Below, piece after piece: positions 26,601-40,941 of a stretch of DNA of 64,000 nt (position 1 is the stretch's first letter; each line of letters begins with the position of its first letter). The notes below the pieces were generated by a model that worked only from the letters and a program-made list of their open reading frames with translations, had not been told where the DNA came from and ran no database searches. The stretch is from Azolla caroliniana. Lineage: Eukaryota > Plantae > Polypodiophyta. The translations under genes were made by a program, and so were the position numbers. The DNA is taken from the NCBI GenBank assembly GCA_043228905.1, contig JBHGNT010000020.1, positions 4,030,001 to 4,094,000 of the forward strand. The letters run 5' to 3'.

Positions 26601-29361
26601 GACACCCTTCACCCAATTGTGCATGTCTGAGAAAACCCTTTAAGCCATGCCAGACAAAAGGGAAAGCTGATGAATGTATTACATGTTCCGACTATCACAA
26701 AGAACCTGGTATCGGTCAGAAAAATAGTCGATCAGGGAATGCAGGTGCGGTTTACGGATAATTGCGGAAGGGTGCAGAGAAGGGAGGATGTTCATCCTCA
26801 ACACAAATGACGTCGGCACCGCCATGTTTGCCAAAGGACAAAAGATTGAATCGGACATCGATCTCTAGCATAAGCGGATTGGCCACGTCAACTACTAGAG
26901 GCTTCAAGATCTGCAATCGAAACAGGTTGTGTTTGGATTGCCGAAGTTTAGTGGCCACAAGGCCCAAATATGTGAAGCCTGCCAACATAGGAAGCAACAC
27001 CAGCTTTCAGTCACCACCGAACAAAACCGGAGCCGTAATGAGCTCGATCTAATCCATTCGGATGTATGGGGACCAGCACAGAACGTTAGTCTAGGCGGGA
27101 GTCTGTATTTCATCTCCTTCATCGACGACTATAGCCGGCACACGTGGATTTACCTCATCAAGAAGAAAAGCGAAGTCTTGGACTGTTTCCGGAACCTTCA
27201 AAGCTTAGTCGAAAGGGAAACGGAGAGGAAGATGAGAGTTCGATCTCATTCCGGCTAAGTGGGCCAAATGAGCGGTTGAGTCGGGATGACTAGTTAGATG
27301 AAGAACCAACGAGTAGTGGAGACTCTATTGTGCTCTCCCTGCACAAGGAACCAAGGAGACGGTTCACGCGCAAAGAGAAAGGGAAGAAGAAGACGTCGGA
27401 ATATGATACCGGCAATGAAGGATCGGATCAGAGCAAATCTGACCCCAGAAAGGAAGAAGGCGGATCTTCAGAAAGGAAGTCTGAACCAGCCAAGAAGGGC
27501 CTCAAACCGGGTAACGAAAAGTTACGCCAGTCAACCCATCAAAAGAAAACCGTCATGAGGTACGGATACAATGAGTACATGGCGCATCACTATGCGTACA
27601 TGACTAAGGTGGCAGAAGTGCGTGAGCCGGAGAGCTACGCAAAAGCAACAAAAGACGCAAATTGGCGTGCTACTATGGAGGAAGAAATGCAGGCACTTGA
27701 TGCCAATGACACGTGGGACCTGGTTGACCCTCCCCGATAATGTAAACCGATCGGTTGCAAATGGGTATATAAGGTGAAGTACAATGTCGACGATTCAGTC
27801 AACCGGTACAAGGCCCAGTTAATGGCAAAGGGATACATACAGACCCATGGATTTGACTACAACGAGACCTTTGCTCCGATAGCAAAGATGACGACGGTTT
27901 GTGTGGTATTGGCTGTTGTTGCGGCAAGGGGATGGCATCTTCACCAAATGGACGTGAAGAATGTGTTTCTTCAAGGTGACCTTGAAGAACGGGTCTATAT
28001 GATCCAACCCCCCAGTTTCCAATCGGAGATGAACAAGTCAGCAGTATGCCGACTCAAGAAGTCGCTTTACAGTTTGAAGCAAGCCCCCCGAGCTTGGAAT
28101 GCGAAGATCACGCACCGGTTGCGTAAGATGGGGTTTGCGGCCTCAAAGTCTAACTTGTCACTGTTCATCTAGAAAGGTTCGTATGGTCTGGTTTGTATCC
28201 TACTATATGTTGATGATTTAGTCATCATCGGACCCGGACTGGATGAAATCGACAGAGTGAAGTCCCAGTTGTCGAACGCATTTGAAATGAAGGATCTGGG
28301 GGACCTTCATTATTTTCTTGGGATCGAGGTGATCTGGACCCCCGGTGGCATATTGCTCTCACAAAGACACTATGTGATGAGTATGTTGTACAAGTTCAGC
28401 ATGACGGAATGTCGACCGATCTCCACACCGTTGGACCGGAACCAGAAGCTACGTCCCAACTCCGGACCGGCTTGCGATAACAAATTGTCGGAAGCCTCAT
28501 ATACTTGACGATCACTCGACCCGACATCAGTTACCCGGTCGGAGTGATTAGCCAGTTCATGCAGAAGCTGACCATCGAGCACCTTCAGTGCGCACACCGG
28601 ATACTCCAATATGTTAGCAGCACGAAGGACCGAGGATTGTTATACCGACACGTTATAGCTAGGAAGCTAGTGGGATATACCGATGCCGACTCCGTTGGTG
28701 ATGCATTGGATCGCCGATCCACCTCCAGTTACATGTTTTCTCTTGGTAGCGCGGCTGTTGCATGGAGAAGCCAACAATGGCTATGTCAAGCACTGAGGTT
28801 GAATACCGAGGCGCTACCATTGCCACCTATGAAACCATCTGGTTTCGGTGACTGCTGCGAGACCTCCGGATCGAGGTGAAGACTCCGATTCTGATTTATT
28901 GTGACAACATGAGCAACATTTAGCTCACCATGAACCCCGTGTTCCATGCTCGGACAAAGCACATAGAAGTGCATTATCACTTCGTGCATGAACAGGTCCT
29001 GGGCGGTGAAGTCGATCTTTGGTATGTTCAGACGGATCGACAAGTTCTCGATATCTTCACCAAACTGCTCGGATCGGACAAGTTGCAGCACTTCACCGAA
29101 ATGCTTGGTGTACAACATCTCGATGTGCCACACTTGAGGGGGAGAACGGGAACGGGAACGGATGGCACCGGACAAGGAGCCGGAGAGGAAGAAAGAACCA
29201 AGGGGGAAGATGAGCAGATAAAGGAAGTTGAGCCGACCGAAGGAGTCGGCACATCCGAACAAGTCGGAGTGTAAAGAAAATGAGGAGCACGAGTGGTTGA
29301 GATGCAGCAGAAGGACTGTGTGTGTGTGTGTGTATGTGTGTGTGTATGCACGTAAGGCAAA

Positions 29362-29407
<46 letters not shown>

Positions 29408-32400
29408 AGATAGAGATAAAAGACTATATATTACATTAACCAAAATACTTCCAACAGTAACTAAGTTACAAGGGGTTGGTTTAAATACCAACTAAGCTAG
29501 GGTAAGTGCGCTTTCTACTATTTACAAAATTGGCCTGGTATGTCCATGAGCTACTGTGAACCCTATTACTATGGGAAGTTGAGTTCGAATTTCAACACGC
29601 CCCTTCGAACACAACTTTCATTTGTTGAAAAAGTTGTTTCGGTTCGGTCTTCAGAATCCAGCTTCCGGCGTTCATAATCCTCAGACTGGATTGTTCGGCT
29701 TTTTCGGCTTCGTGCTCGGTTCGATTAACTGCGTGTTGCATACTCGATCAATTTCATACAATGCGCGTGTCGCCTGCAGTACTCCCCCTCAAGCTCAGCA
29801 ATGTGGATGTCATGAGACCAAGGTCCGATACGAATTGCCCGAGCTTGTCGATTCCTAAGGCCTTCGTAAAAATATCAGCAGTCTGGAGGTGCGTACTAAT
29901 ATTTTGTAGATCGATTTCTCTGGCCTGTATGCACTCGCGGATGAAGTGGTAGTGCACTTTGATGTGTTTAGTCTGCGCGTGGAATACGAGGTTCTGAGCG
30001 AGGTAGGTGTTGCTCATGTTGTCGCAAAAGAGGCGAATTGGATCCGTAATGGGAACGCCCAGATCCTTCAATATGCGCTTGAGCCATATGGCTTCTCATG
30101 CGTGAACTGCCACGCCCCTATATTCGGCTTCCATGCTCGACAATGCGACTGTCGGTTGCTTCTTATTGCTCTAGGAGATCGCTCCACTACCGAGGGAGAA
30201 GACAAATCCATATGTGGATCGCCTATTGGCTTTGTAGCCTGCCTAATCTGCATCTGTGTATCCTTCGAATCGAATAGTCGTATTTGACTTATACATAATG
30301 TCGTAATCCATCGTAGTACTGACATACTGGAGTATCCTCTTAGCGCAATCAAGATGAAGGTTTCGTGGATTCTGCATGAATTGGCTAAATAGGCCGACCG
30401 AATAACCGAGATCGGGTCGCGTAATGGTGAGATAGATTAAGCTGTCGATACTGAGTTGACTCGCACACGGCTGTGCCGGAATCAGCATCCATCTTGAGAT
30501 TATAATCGAGCGGGGTGGACACAAGTTTGCATTCGGTCATTCCAAACTTGTAGAGCAAGTTGAGAACGTAGTGCCGTTGAGAGATCATTATTCCTACTGG
30601 TGTTCGAATTACTTCAATGCCTAGAAAGTAATGGAGATCATGCAGGTCTTTCATTTCGAATCTGCCGTAGAGAAGTGATTTGATTTTGTTAATCTCGGCG
30701 AGATCCTTTCCTCCGATGACCAAATCATCCATGTAAAGGATGATGACAATCGGACTATCCGACTCGTTTCAGATGTACAGGGAAGTATCAGATTTTGACA
30801 TTCGAAATCCGATCTGATGAAGATATTGCGTGATCTTTGAGTGCCACTCACGGGGTGCTTGTTTGAGGTCGTATAGTGGCTTCTTGAGGTGGCATACGGC
30901 ATGCGGATAACTACGTGATTCAAATCCAGGTGGTTGAATCATATATACTTCCTCTTCTAATTCTCCTTGGAGGAAGGTATTTTTCACGTCCACCTGGTGG
31001 AGGTGCCACCCTTTTGTTGTTGCAAGAGTAATTACGGTCCGCACGGTTGTCATCTTTGCCACCGGGGCAAAGGTCTCTTCGTAGTCTACGTCGTGCGTTT
31101 GCGCGTATCCTTTCGCAATGAGTCGTGCTTTGAAGCGATTTACAGAGACGTCGACATTGTGCTTCACTTTGTAAATCCATCGACAGCCAATCGCTTTCTT
31201 GTGCGGCGTGTGAGGGACGAGATCCCACGTCTCGTTTTTGCATAACGCTTCCATTTCCTCATGCCTTGCATCGACCCATCGTGGATCCTTTATGGCTTCG
31301 GAAAGCGTCTCCGGCTCCCGTACTGATGCTACCTTCATCATGAAGTCGTAATGGTACGCCGTATAATCGTTGTAGCCGAAGCGGCTTACGGGGTTCTTTT
31401 CACGGGTCGATCGACGGAGCTTCTCGTTTGGGGGTACTAAGGCTTTCTTCACTCCATCTGTTTGGATGATTGGGATGTCCAGGCCTTCGAACTCACTGTC
31501 AAGGGAGTGTGTTGATGCATTGTCGATTGGATCTTCATATTCGGACATCTTGGCCTTCCCTTTGTTGAGTTTCGGACTCGGTCGAAATGTGCTTTGGTCA
31601 CTCGGGGGCTCCCGTGGTCCACTAAGTCATGTCGTAATCGGGCTTTCTTCAAACATGCATGTGAGCTGATCTTCATCTTCTATCTCCATTTTGACGGATT
31701 TTGGGCCAAGCGGAGTTAGAGTTGAAGTTGTTTCTGGTGCGTACCAAGATGCGTACTCGTTGAAAACGACATCTCAACTTACGCGAGCTTTTCAGGTAGA
31801 TGGGTTGTAGCATTTGTACCCCTTCAGTTCGAGTGATTATCCTACGAGGATACATTTCTCCGACTTTGGGTCGAGATTTTGTCACGTATCGTCGGGTATA
31901 TGTACGTAAGCAATTGCGCCAAAAATGTGGACATGTGATAAGTCCAGCTTCTTTCCAAAGAACTTCTCATGAGGAGTTACATCGTGTACTCCTGAGGTTG
32001 TGCACCTATTCATGAGGTATACAACCGTGTTCGCCGCTCCTGCCCATTACGATTTCAGTAGGTTCTTCTCATTCATCATAGCCCGTGCGGCTTCTACTAT
32101 GTGCCAGTTTTTACGCTCAGCTACGCCGTATTGTGTGACAGCATGAGAATTCTCCTCGGATTCCTTTGTTTCAGAGATATGCTGTAAACTCGACCGAGAA
32201 GTATTCTTTGCCTCCATCCAATCGAAGGCAGCGTACGTGCCGACCCGTAGCTTTTTCGACTTCGGCTTTGAATCTCTGGAAGTATCCGAACACTTCACTC
32301 TTTTGTTTCATCGGGTAGATCCAGGTGTTTCTAGAGAAGTCGTCGATGAACGTGACATAGTATCGGCATCCGCCGAATGTGGCTGTCTGGGCCAATCCCA

Positions 32401-32993
32401 TACATCTGAATGAATGTATGACATCTAGGATTCCTTTGCTCATATTCCGCTCCTTTGGGAATGGGTGACAACGTTGCTTTCCGAATTGGCATGCTTTGCA
32501 TACGCCCATAACCCCTTTCGTTGTTACCGGCCGGCAAGGAGTCCAAAATACGGAGTGAAGGAATTAATTAAGTATGGTTGTAAATAAGCATAGTATGGAC
32601 GGACGGACTGGAAACGGTATGCCGTTCCAGATCCGGACGGATCCCGAATAGGTGCGATAGGCACCGTTTTGTACTACGGGCCGGAAACCTATTTAAAGGC
32701 CCGGACCCCATTGTAATCGCAACGGATAATTAATAGAGCGTATGGTGTTTATACTTCTGTGTTGATTTCCGTTCTGTAATTACTGTTATATCTTACGCGT
32801 GTAATTAACAAAAGCGCTCTAATCGTGTAACCTACGTAAGTCGGTGTAATCGTTGAGTCATAATCCTATGCCGTAATCACCCTTTGGTGAAGTGTCTCCG
32901 TGACACCTTGTGTTAGGCCTTGTCCGGTCAGAGAATAACACAGTTTTGGCGACCACGATTCCTGCTTTCTCGCAGCGAACGACGGCTTAATGG

Positions 32994-35544
32994 ATGACGA
33001 GACCAACGCACGACCTGGTTACAGACCGAGCTCGACGCCTCGCCGAACGGCAAAGACGGCGTGAGACTTTCCAGCAAGCAGCGCACGAAATTCGCTCGGA
33101 TCGTTCGTTCTCCAACGAGATCCGGAGAGTCGCGGAGGAATCTCTTCGGTTACAGCAAACTCGCGACCAGGACGACGGAAGCAGTCTAAGTAGTCTCCGG
33201 GAAACCGAACGCCTCCTCGAGGCACTGGCAAGCGGAGAAAACGAGGCAGAAGCCTTTTCAGCCTACGAATCGGATTCCGAAGGGGGATACAGCGTGCACA
33301 CGAACTACCGGAGCAGCAACGATACCCCCGGCGGCCCGGAGGACGACGGGTCGGATACCGTGCCGACTCCAGAACCGGAACCGTTCGACCAGGGCTATCC
33401 GGAACCGCAAACGGAAGCCGTCAACCCACCAACACCGGAAGTGGAAGAAGCAAAGCCACCGACACCAACGAAAGAGCCGGCGAAGGTACCGGAAGAAGAG
33501 CCGGTGAAGGAACCGGAAAAAGAACCGGAGGAGGAACCGGAAAAAGCACCGGCAAAAGAACCGGAAGTGGAACCGGAGAGAAAACCGGAAAGATATCAAC
33601 AAACGCCACTAAACCGCGGCCTAATACTGGACGACGACATGCCGTTCCAATACTCAAAGTATCGCGATGATCCGGACGCGGAAGCGCATGTTCATGCCTT
33701 CGAGCAGACATGGGAAGCAAATCACGCGTCCCAGCGACTGACACCGGAGGAAGAAGAACGCTCGAAGATAACGGAATTCGGGGTCACGTTGGAAGGACCA
33801 GCGGCACGATGGCGGCGGACGCAGGACCCGGCGACCATCACAACCTTTGCAGAATTAAAAGCAAAATTCTTGCATTTTTTCCACAAGGAGGTCGACCATA
33901 CGACAATGGTGGGCCTGTTTTATACGATCCGACAGGAGGCAGGGGAAAGCATTCCAACGAATGCATAGCCAGCTTGCCCGTGCACCCCCGGAGGAGGAAT
34001 TACGGACGATATTTTTAAACGCACTCCGGGAACCATTACGCACGGTGTGTACGGTGATCGACTTTCGAGGAAGCACCATTGACCAGGTCATTGACCGGGT
34101 CAGAGAAATGGAAAAGTCAAGCTCATGGCTTACACTGGGAGCACTGCAACGGGCGTTACCCACCGATGAAGATCTCCGGTTCCGGCAGGCAATTCAATGC
34201 ACAATCTGCTTGAATGCCGGACACTCGGCAGTGGAGTGCACCATGCGAACCCAGTGTGTGATTTGTCAATCCAAGAGTCATACAACGGACCGGTGCGAGT
34301 ATAACCTGCTAAACCGACAAGCACCACCCGTCCGACGGATCGAGCCAAGAAGCAGCCGAGACGAAGATGAAGATCGTTGGCAAAGAATGAACCGGTACCG
34401 ACCGGCACAGGATGTCCGGTACGGAGACAGACAAGAGAATGATGGCCGGTACGGGGATCGGCATGATAACTACGACCGGTATGAGCGATCGGACCGTTAT
34501 CGGGAGTCCAACAGACGACACGAGCAATACGACAGAGACCATTCCCCTGGTTACCGAAGGCACCAGGAGGACTACGGCCGATTTTACGATCCACCACGAC
34601 AGGACTACCGAAATAAAAATAAGAATAATAAGAAACGTAATTTCAAGAAAGGTGGTCACACTAGGGACCCGGAACATGGAACCCCAAGGAGCCAACCGGC
34701 ACAGAACGCACCACTCACTACGGGACCGACTCCGGCTACCAGCAATGCTGAATCCAGCAATACCCGTAAAGAGTACTGCTACTACTGCAGGCAGGAAGGC
34801 CACTACAGTAACCAGTGCCCGGCAAAGAGCTACGATAAACGACCAGCAGTTAATATGGTGGTTCCGGAAGTGGCGGATGTACAGCAAGTAACCACACGGT
34901 CGAAAGGCATGGCCAAAGAGTGGGAAACACAAGAGGCCATACGAAAACAGGCGACGGAATGGGTGAAGGAAGCCAATGAAAGGAACGTCGCGGACGCGGA
35001 ACGGCAAAAGGCGAATACCATAGGGAGTGCCGGCGGTAGCCACGCAGAAAACGAGACATGGCAAGCACTGCAAGAATGTCAGATCACGTTGCCATTAGGA
35101 AGACTCTTGCAGCTCGTGCCGCGATTTACGGAAGGACTAAAAACGGTCATGACAGACGGTATAGCCCCACCGGCACCAGTCCTCTTCTCGAATCCGGAGG
35201 AGGGACCGACGGTGGTGGACACTAGTAGTCCGGTGATTACAGCTATTGTCAAAGGGCACGAACTTCCCGGCACAGTAATCGATGGAGGTTCCGGGGTGAA
35301 CGTAATAAGCCTCCGCACGTGTGATGCCTTGGGTATACATGAATGGGAGCCATGTCCGTTCTGGCTACGGATGGCGGATACGAGCTCTGTACGGCCGACG
35401 GGCTTAATACGGAAATTGGAGGTCACCATAGGAGGTCACACATTTCACATCTCGGCTGTAGTGCTGCAGCTACAGGCGCAAGGCGCGTACCCCCTGTTGC
35501 TGGGCAGACCATGGTTAAAAACAGCACACATCAAGCAAAATTAG
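32994..35544 (+). pseudogene. Gag (several CCHC knuckles) plus protease; one frameshift at ~33960
   Basis: Capsid-like AHVHAFEQTW..LEGPAARW, knuckles CTICLNAGHSAVEC, CVICQSKSHTTDRC, CYYCRQEGHYSNQC, protease VIDGGSGVNVI and LLLGRPWL. Confidence 0.9.
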
Positions 35545-35553
35545 CAGAAAAAT

Positions 35554-38500
35554 ATGATTACCTTCCGGCGCGGAAAAGCCAAGGTCCGGGTACCGACACA
35601 ACCACGGACGAGCAACGGTAAGGAATGCACACCGCTGTATGCGGAATGCGTGAACATGCTTGAAGGGTTGGCAGACGACGAAGAAGCCCAGTACTTGGAG
35701 GAACACCCGAAGATCGTACCACTCTTCGAGATTGACGTAGCTGAAGCCGTAGCGCCATACTTGCCGCAGCGGGACGAAACCGAAGCCGAACCAGACAAAG
35801 ATTCGATTCGGGAATTACGGCAAGCACAGGAAGCGTTGGAACGGGAAATGGCCGTTTCCCAACGGGTAAAAACATCCCAGCTCGACGAAGTGAACCTAGG
35901 AAGCAAGGACGAATCAAAGCCGGTACACATCGCCAAAGAAATGAAGCCGGAAGATAAAGCGGCGATGATCAAACTTCTCACGGAGTTTCGCGACGTATTC
36001 GCCTGGTCATACGAAGACATGCGAGGGCTGGACCCTCAATTATATCAGCATCAGATCCACTTAGGCAAGGACGCGAAACCAGTGGCGCAAAGACGTTACC
36101 GAATGAACCCCAACTACGCCGCCAAAGTGAAGGAGGAAATCGACAAACTCCTAAGAGTGGGCTTCATCCGGCCGGTAAAGAAAGCGACGTGGTTGAGCCC
36201 CATCGTCGTCATCCCAAAGAAGAACGGTAAAATCCGCGTGTGTGTAGATTACAGGAAACTAAATGCAGCCACAATTACGGATGCATTCCCTCTTCCGTTC
36301 ACGGATGGAGTACTGGATGCCGTCGCCGGCCATGAAGTTTATAGCTTTTTAGACGGGTTCAGCGGATACAATCAAATCCGGATGCACCCTGACGACCAGG
36401 AGAAGACAGCGTTCGTCACCGAATGGGGGGTGTTTGTGGCCGTAGTAATGATGTTCGGACTAAAAACGGCACCAGCAACTTTCCAGCGAATCATCATGGA
36501 GATCTTCGGCGAATACATTCCAGCCTTCATGCAGGTTTTCCTGGATGACTTTGCAGTCTATAGCCAGGAAAAAGACCATTTGCAGCACCTACGGTTATGC
36601 CTTGAAAAGTGTAGGTTATACCGGCTAAGCTTAAACCCAGCAAAATGCATCTTTGGGGTTTCAAGTGGAATATTACTGGGACACATTGTAAGTAAGGAGG
36701 GCATAGCGGTCGACCCGGACAAAGTAAACGCGATACTAGGGGCACCGGCGTCGAAAACGGCCAAAGCACTAAGCCGATTCTTAGGACAGATCCGGTGGCA
36801 CAGCCGGATGCTCTGTCACTTGGCTGACTTGGCTACACCATTACACACCGCGGTACATCGGACACCGTTCCAATGGACGGATACGGAGGATAAGGCATAC
36901 AATGCCCTGAAGGTACTTTTGTCGCAAGCACCCGTCGTGCAGCCTCCGGATTGGAGCAAGGAATTTCATGTGTTCGTTGACGCTTCCGACATCGCTATCG
37001 GCAGCGCCTTAATGCAACTTACGGAGCCTAAATGGTACCGGCCGGTATATTACGCCAGCCGGAAGCTGTCCCAAGTGGAGAAGAACTATTCGACAACGGA
37101 ACGGGAGGCCTTGGGCATGATCTACAGTGTAACAAAGTTTCGTCATTACCTATTGGGAAGGAAGTTCTCCTTTCATGTGGATCACTCGGCGCTCCTGTAC
37201 TTAGTGTCCAAGGCGTCCCTGACCGGTAAGTTGGCCCGCTGGACCTTGCTGTTGCAGGAGTTCGAATTTGAGATCTTCCACCGGCCCGGTATCCAGCATG
37301 CCGTAGCAGACTACCTGAGCCGGTTAGAGTCCGGAGAATCAGGCGACGGAGTATCGGATGAATTCCCGGACGCAGAGTTATTCCGTATCACCCCGGAAAC
37401 GGCAGCGGACGACACGGTGGCATCAGAAGATAGGTGGCTGACAAACATGCACCAGTTCCTAAGCACGGGCCTGCCACCGGAGGAAATGAACCGGGACGAG
37501 AGGAAACGACTGGCGGTGCAAAGCCGCAATTTCTGTCTGTTACGGGACACTCTCTACCACAAGGGAGCAGATGGAATATGGAGACGGGCAGTCCGTAGTG
37601 ACGAGAAACAAGTAATCTTACGGGAAGCACACTGTGGGGTTGCCGAAGGACACTATGCCGGGGAAGCGACGGCAAGGAAAGTATGGCAGAGCGGCTTATG
37701 GTGGCCCACGACGTTAAAAGACGCCGTCAAGTATGCTAAGGAATGTGACCTATGCCAACGAATGGGCCAGCCTACGGAGCAAGCACGGATGCCACACCAA
37801 CCGGTACTTCCACTAGAGCCATTCCAGAAGTGGGGGTTGGATTTTGTAGGACCGTTCAAGCCACCGGCAATGAGAACGGGTAATCGTTATGTCATCGTGG
37901 CAACAGATTATTGCACTAAATGGGTGGAGGCTAAGGCCTTGAGAGACAACACCGCGTCATCCACAGCAAAATTCCTGTACGAAAACATTTGGTGCCGATA
38001 TGGATGTCCGATTGAATTAATCAGCGACCAAGGAGGGCACTTTCTCGGCCAGGTAGTTGAAAGCTTAACAACGTTCTATGCCGTGGTCCATAAACGGAGC
38101 ACACCGTACTACCCACAAGCAAACGGGTTAGCAGAGTCAACCAACAAAACGCTCCAGAACATTCTCCGCAAAATCGTCAATGAAAACCGGACGGACTGGG
38201 ATACAAAGCTCCATAGCGCGCTATGGGCGTACCGAACGGCATACAAAACAAGTATCCGGACAACGCCGTTCCGGTTAGCGTTCGGCTTAGAGGCGGTCAT
38301 GCCGGTGGAATTTCAGGTACCAAGCTTACGGATCCAACTACGGGAACGGCTGAATGAAAAGGAGTCGGAGGAAATGCGGCTAGCAGCACTATGCGAACTG
38401 GAGGAGCAACGGCTGGCCAGCATCCTACACATGGAACTGGAGCAATGACGACGGAAAGCGTTCGTTGACCGTCACCGGAAAGGTAATGAAAAGATGTTCG

Positions 38501-38844
38501 AAATCGGAAAGCCGGTGCTAGTATTCCAAACGAGGATGGGCAAGATGCCGGGTAAACTCCGGTTTAGATGGACAGGCCCGTATTGGCTGACACGGGAATA
38601 CAACGGGTCCTATCAGTTAGGGACACTTGCCGGTGAAGTACTAGGCAAGTGGGTCAACGGATTTAGACTAAAGCCCTATAAAGGACCGATGCCAAATAAC
38701 CCGTTTATGCAGCCCACCGGCACTATACCGGGAACGGTACGCATGGAAGAAAAAGACGACGGGGAACCCGTAGCAGAGGCGAAGGAAGACACGGCAACCC
38801 ATAAGGAAAACGGTAAGGGTCCGAAGGGACCTACGGATGGGTAA
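35554..38844 (+). pseudogene. Pol: RT, RNase H, integrase (one premature TGA at 38446)
   Basis: FLDGFSGYNQI, VFLDDF, VFVDAS..YSTTEREAL..HVDH, HHCC zinc finger, WGLDFVGP, LISDQGGHF, QANGLAESTN, WTGPY; no chromodomain. Confidence 0.95.
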
Positions 38845-39217
38845 GATCACACACCGTCATTTACAAAAAAAAAGAAAATAAAAAAAAAAATCATTAAAAA
38901 TCGAGGTATGAACGGACGTGAAAGCAAGGAGCGAAAAGGTACGTAGTGGGCATTTAAGAGCCGCCACATTACTTAATACTAAATTGGTACACGACGTGCG
39001 CATGCTCGAAAAAGGCGCCAAGACGCACAGAGAAAAAGCAGAACGCATGGAGACCTTTTCATTTCGCGAGCCAAGAAGCACAGAAGCACCAAGGCAGTGG
39101 AAGCTTAACAAACGCGAACCTGCACTCAGAGAACCCCCACGTTCGGAACTCTCTCTCTCTCGCTCTCACTCTCATCACCACTCTACCTCGCCATCTTTCC
39201 TCGACCTTGAAGCAGAC

Positions 39218-40941
39218 ATGGAACCACAAACGCTGTCGGAAGCGGCCAGGAAATGGCTCAGGCAACACGGACTAGATGGGTTCTTGACCATCATGGAGGC
39301 ACCACCGCACAAAGAAGCCGACCAGGTCATCAAGGAGCTCGACAAAGAAGTCATCACCGAGGAAGCGATCCGTGCGCTAACAGGCCTTCCGGAGGGAGGT
39401 ATTTTTCAGATCGATAACCCAACCTCGGAGCAACTCATCCGATATTTCGGTGAGTACTCTGTAGCCGGCAAAGGCTATCGAACGCAGGGCGACGAAGATC
39501 CGCTATTCAGGGAGATAGCTCGAGTGCTCCATGAGTACGGCCACGTGTACCCCCGACCCCCTGTCATGCCAAAAAATCGGGCAGGGATGATCATAGCCAC
39601 CTGTGAAGGGATCAAGGTGGATTGGCCGGTGTTGATTGCAGACGGTTTGTGCGCGGCAATCGACACGGTACGAGGAAAGGACGGCAAGGAGGGCCGGAAG
39701 CTGTGGCATGCCGTAGCTCAGTGGATAACATTGCTCGCGCCGCCGGTCGAGACCGTTCAGCCAAAGAAGCGGCCAAGATTATCGGAAGGAAGCACCTCGA
39801 AACCCGCGTCCAAACGACAGCAGCTGCTGGCGTCGAAGGCGACGAAAGGGAAGAAACGGCTCCCAGAACCGGAGGAGGTGTCACCGGCCCGACCCGTTAA
39901 GATAACCATACGGCGACCGGGACAGAAGGAACCGGAACCCTTGACGGCACAGATACATGCCGTTACCCAGGAAGAGGAAACGGAGGAGCCAGTAGAGCAC
40001 CTCCAACGACGGTCAAGAAGTAGGACCGCCGGGACAGCGGGGGAGCGTTCAGACCCGCAAAAGGAAGAAACGCCCCCAACTCAACCTGAGCAAACCACAA
40101 GGGAGGAACCGGAACCGGTGCGTATAGAACCGGCCTTGTCGACTTCTATACAAGAAGTCATTCCAACGGCTCCGGAGACGGCGAGAACCGGAACTCAACA
40201 GCCGGCGAGCCCAGCCAGCACACACGGCGGCCAAGGAGTAGAACCAGAACGGCAGATACAGGCACTCAGGCCAGACAATTCCACAGTGAACGAGCCGACC
40301 CGACCAGTACAGCAGCAAGGCACCAGTAGCATGTGGCTACGGTGGGTGGGTAGGCGAGCAGATCGCCGGAGCGGTCGAGTACATAGAGGCGGAGGAGAGA
40401 GCGCACCACGAACGGTTGCTCGTCACAACCGTAGATCTAGAGACGGCCCGGTCCAGAATCCGGAGCCTTGAACAAGACTTGGACAGGGTCACAAGGGAAA
40501 TGGCTCAATTGGCTTTGACAACACAAGTCCAAGCACCGGTGACTCCGGGCAATGTACAGAATAAAGCGTCAGATCAACCTGTACATAGCAATCAGACCCC
40601 GGCAACGGAAACCGTTCCGGAGAGAAATGCGGCACAAGCCCAAGAGCTTGCGGACTTAAAGGATGAGCTAGCTGCCCAAGAAGCGCTGAGGAGCCGCGAA
40701 AGAGAGTTGAAGACGGCAGCGGAGGCAGAACTCAAAAAGACTGCTGAGAATCTACGCCGGGCCGAGGAGAGCTTACGAAAAGGCCACCAAGCGTACGACC
40801 GGCTCAAGGAGGAAAAGGAGAAAATGTTGCAAGAGAAGGACAGGCTCCGGAGAAACGCCGAAACAGAAGTAGAGCGCCTGAAAGAGGAACTTCGGCAGCT
40901 AAAGGACCGGGAGGACCGGAACCATCGCCAGATCAACGGCG
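39218..40941 (+). pseudogene. Additional sense ORF downstream of pol (plant-transposon/PMD-like N-terminal domain, disordered linker, coiled coil), truncated
   Basis: MEPQTLSEAARKWLRQHGLDGFL..ITEEAIRALTGLP..VDWPVLIADGL; frameshift into the coiled-coil ORF 40416..40967. Confidence 0.8.

Noticed and set aside
33961-33968. Programmed frameshift within the Phygy-like gag
   Set aside because: No slippery site; the gag motif looks shortened, consistent with a small deletion.
35542-35544. Programmed stop-codon readthrough between protease and RT
   Set aside because: The TAG is in an AAT TAG CAG AAA context without the CARYYA signal and is most simply a TGG>TAG mutation.
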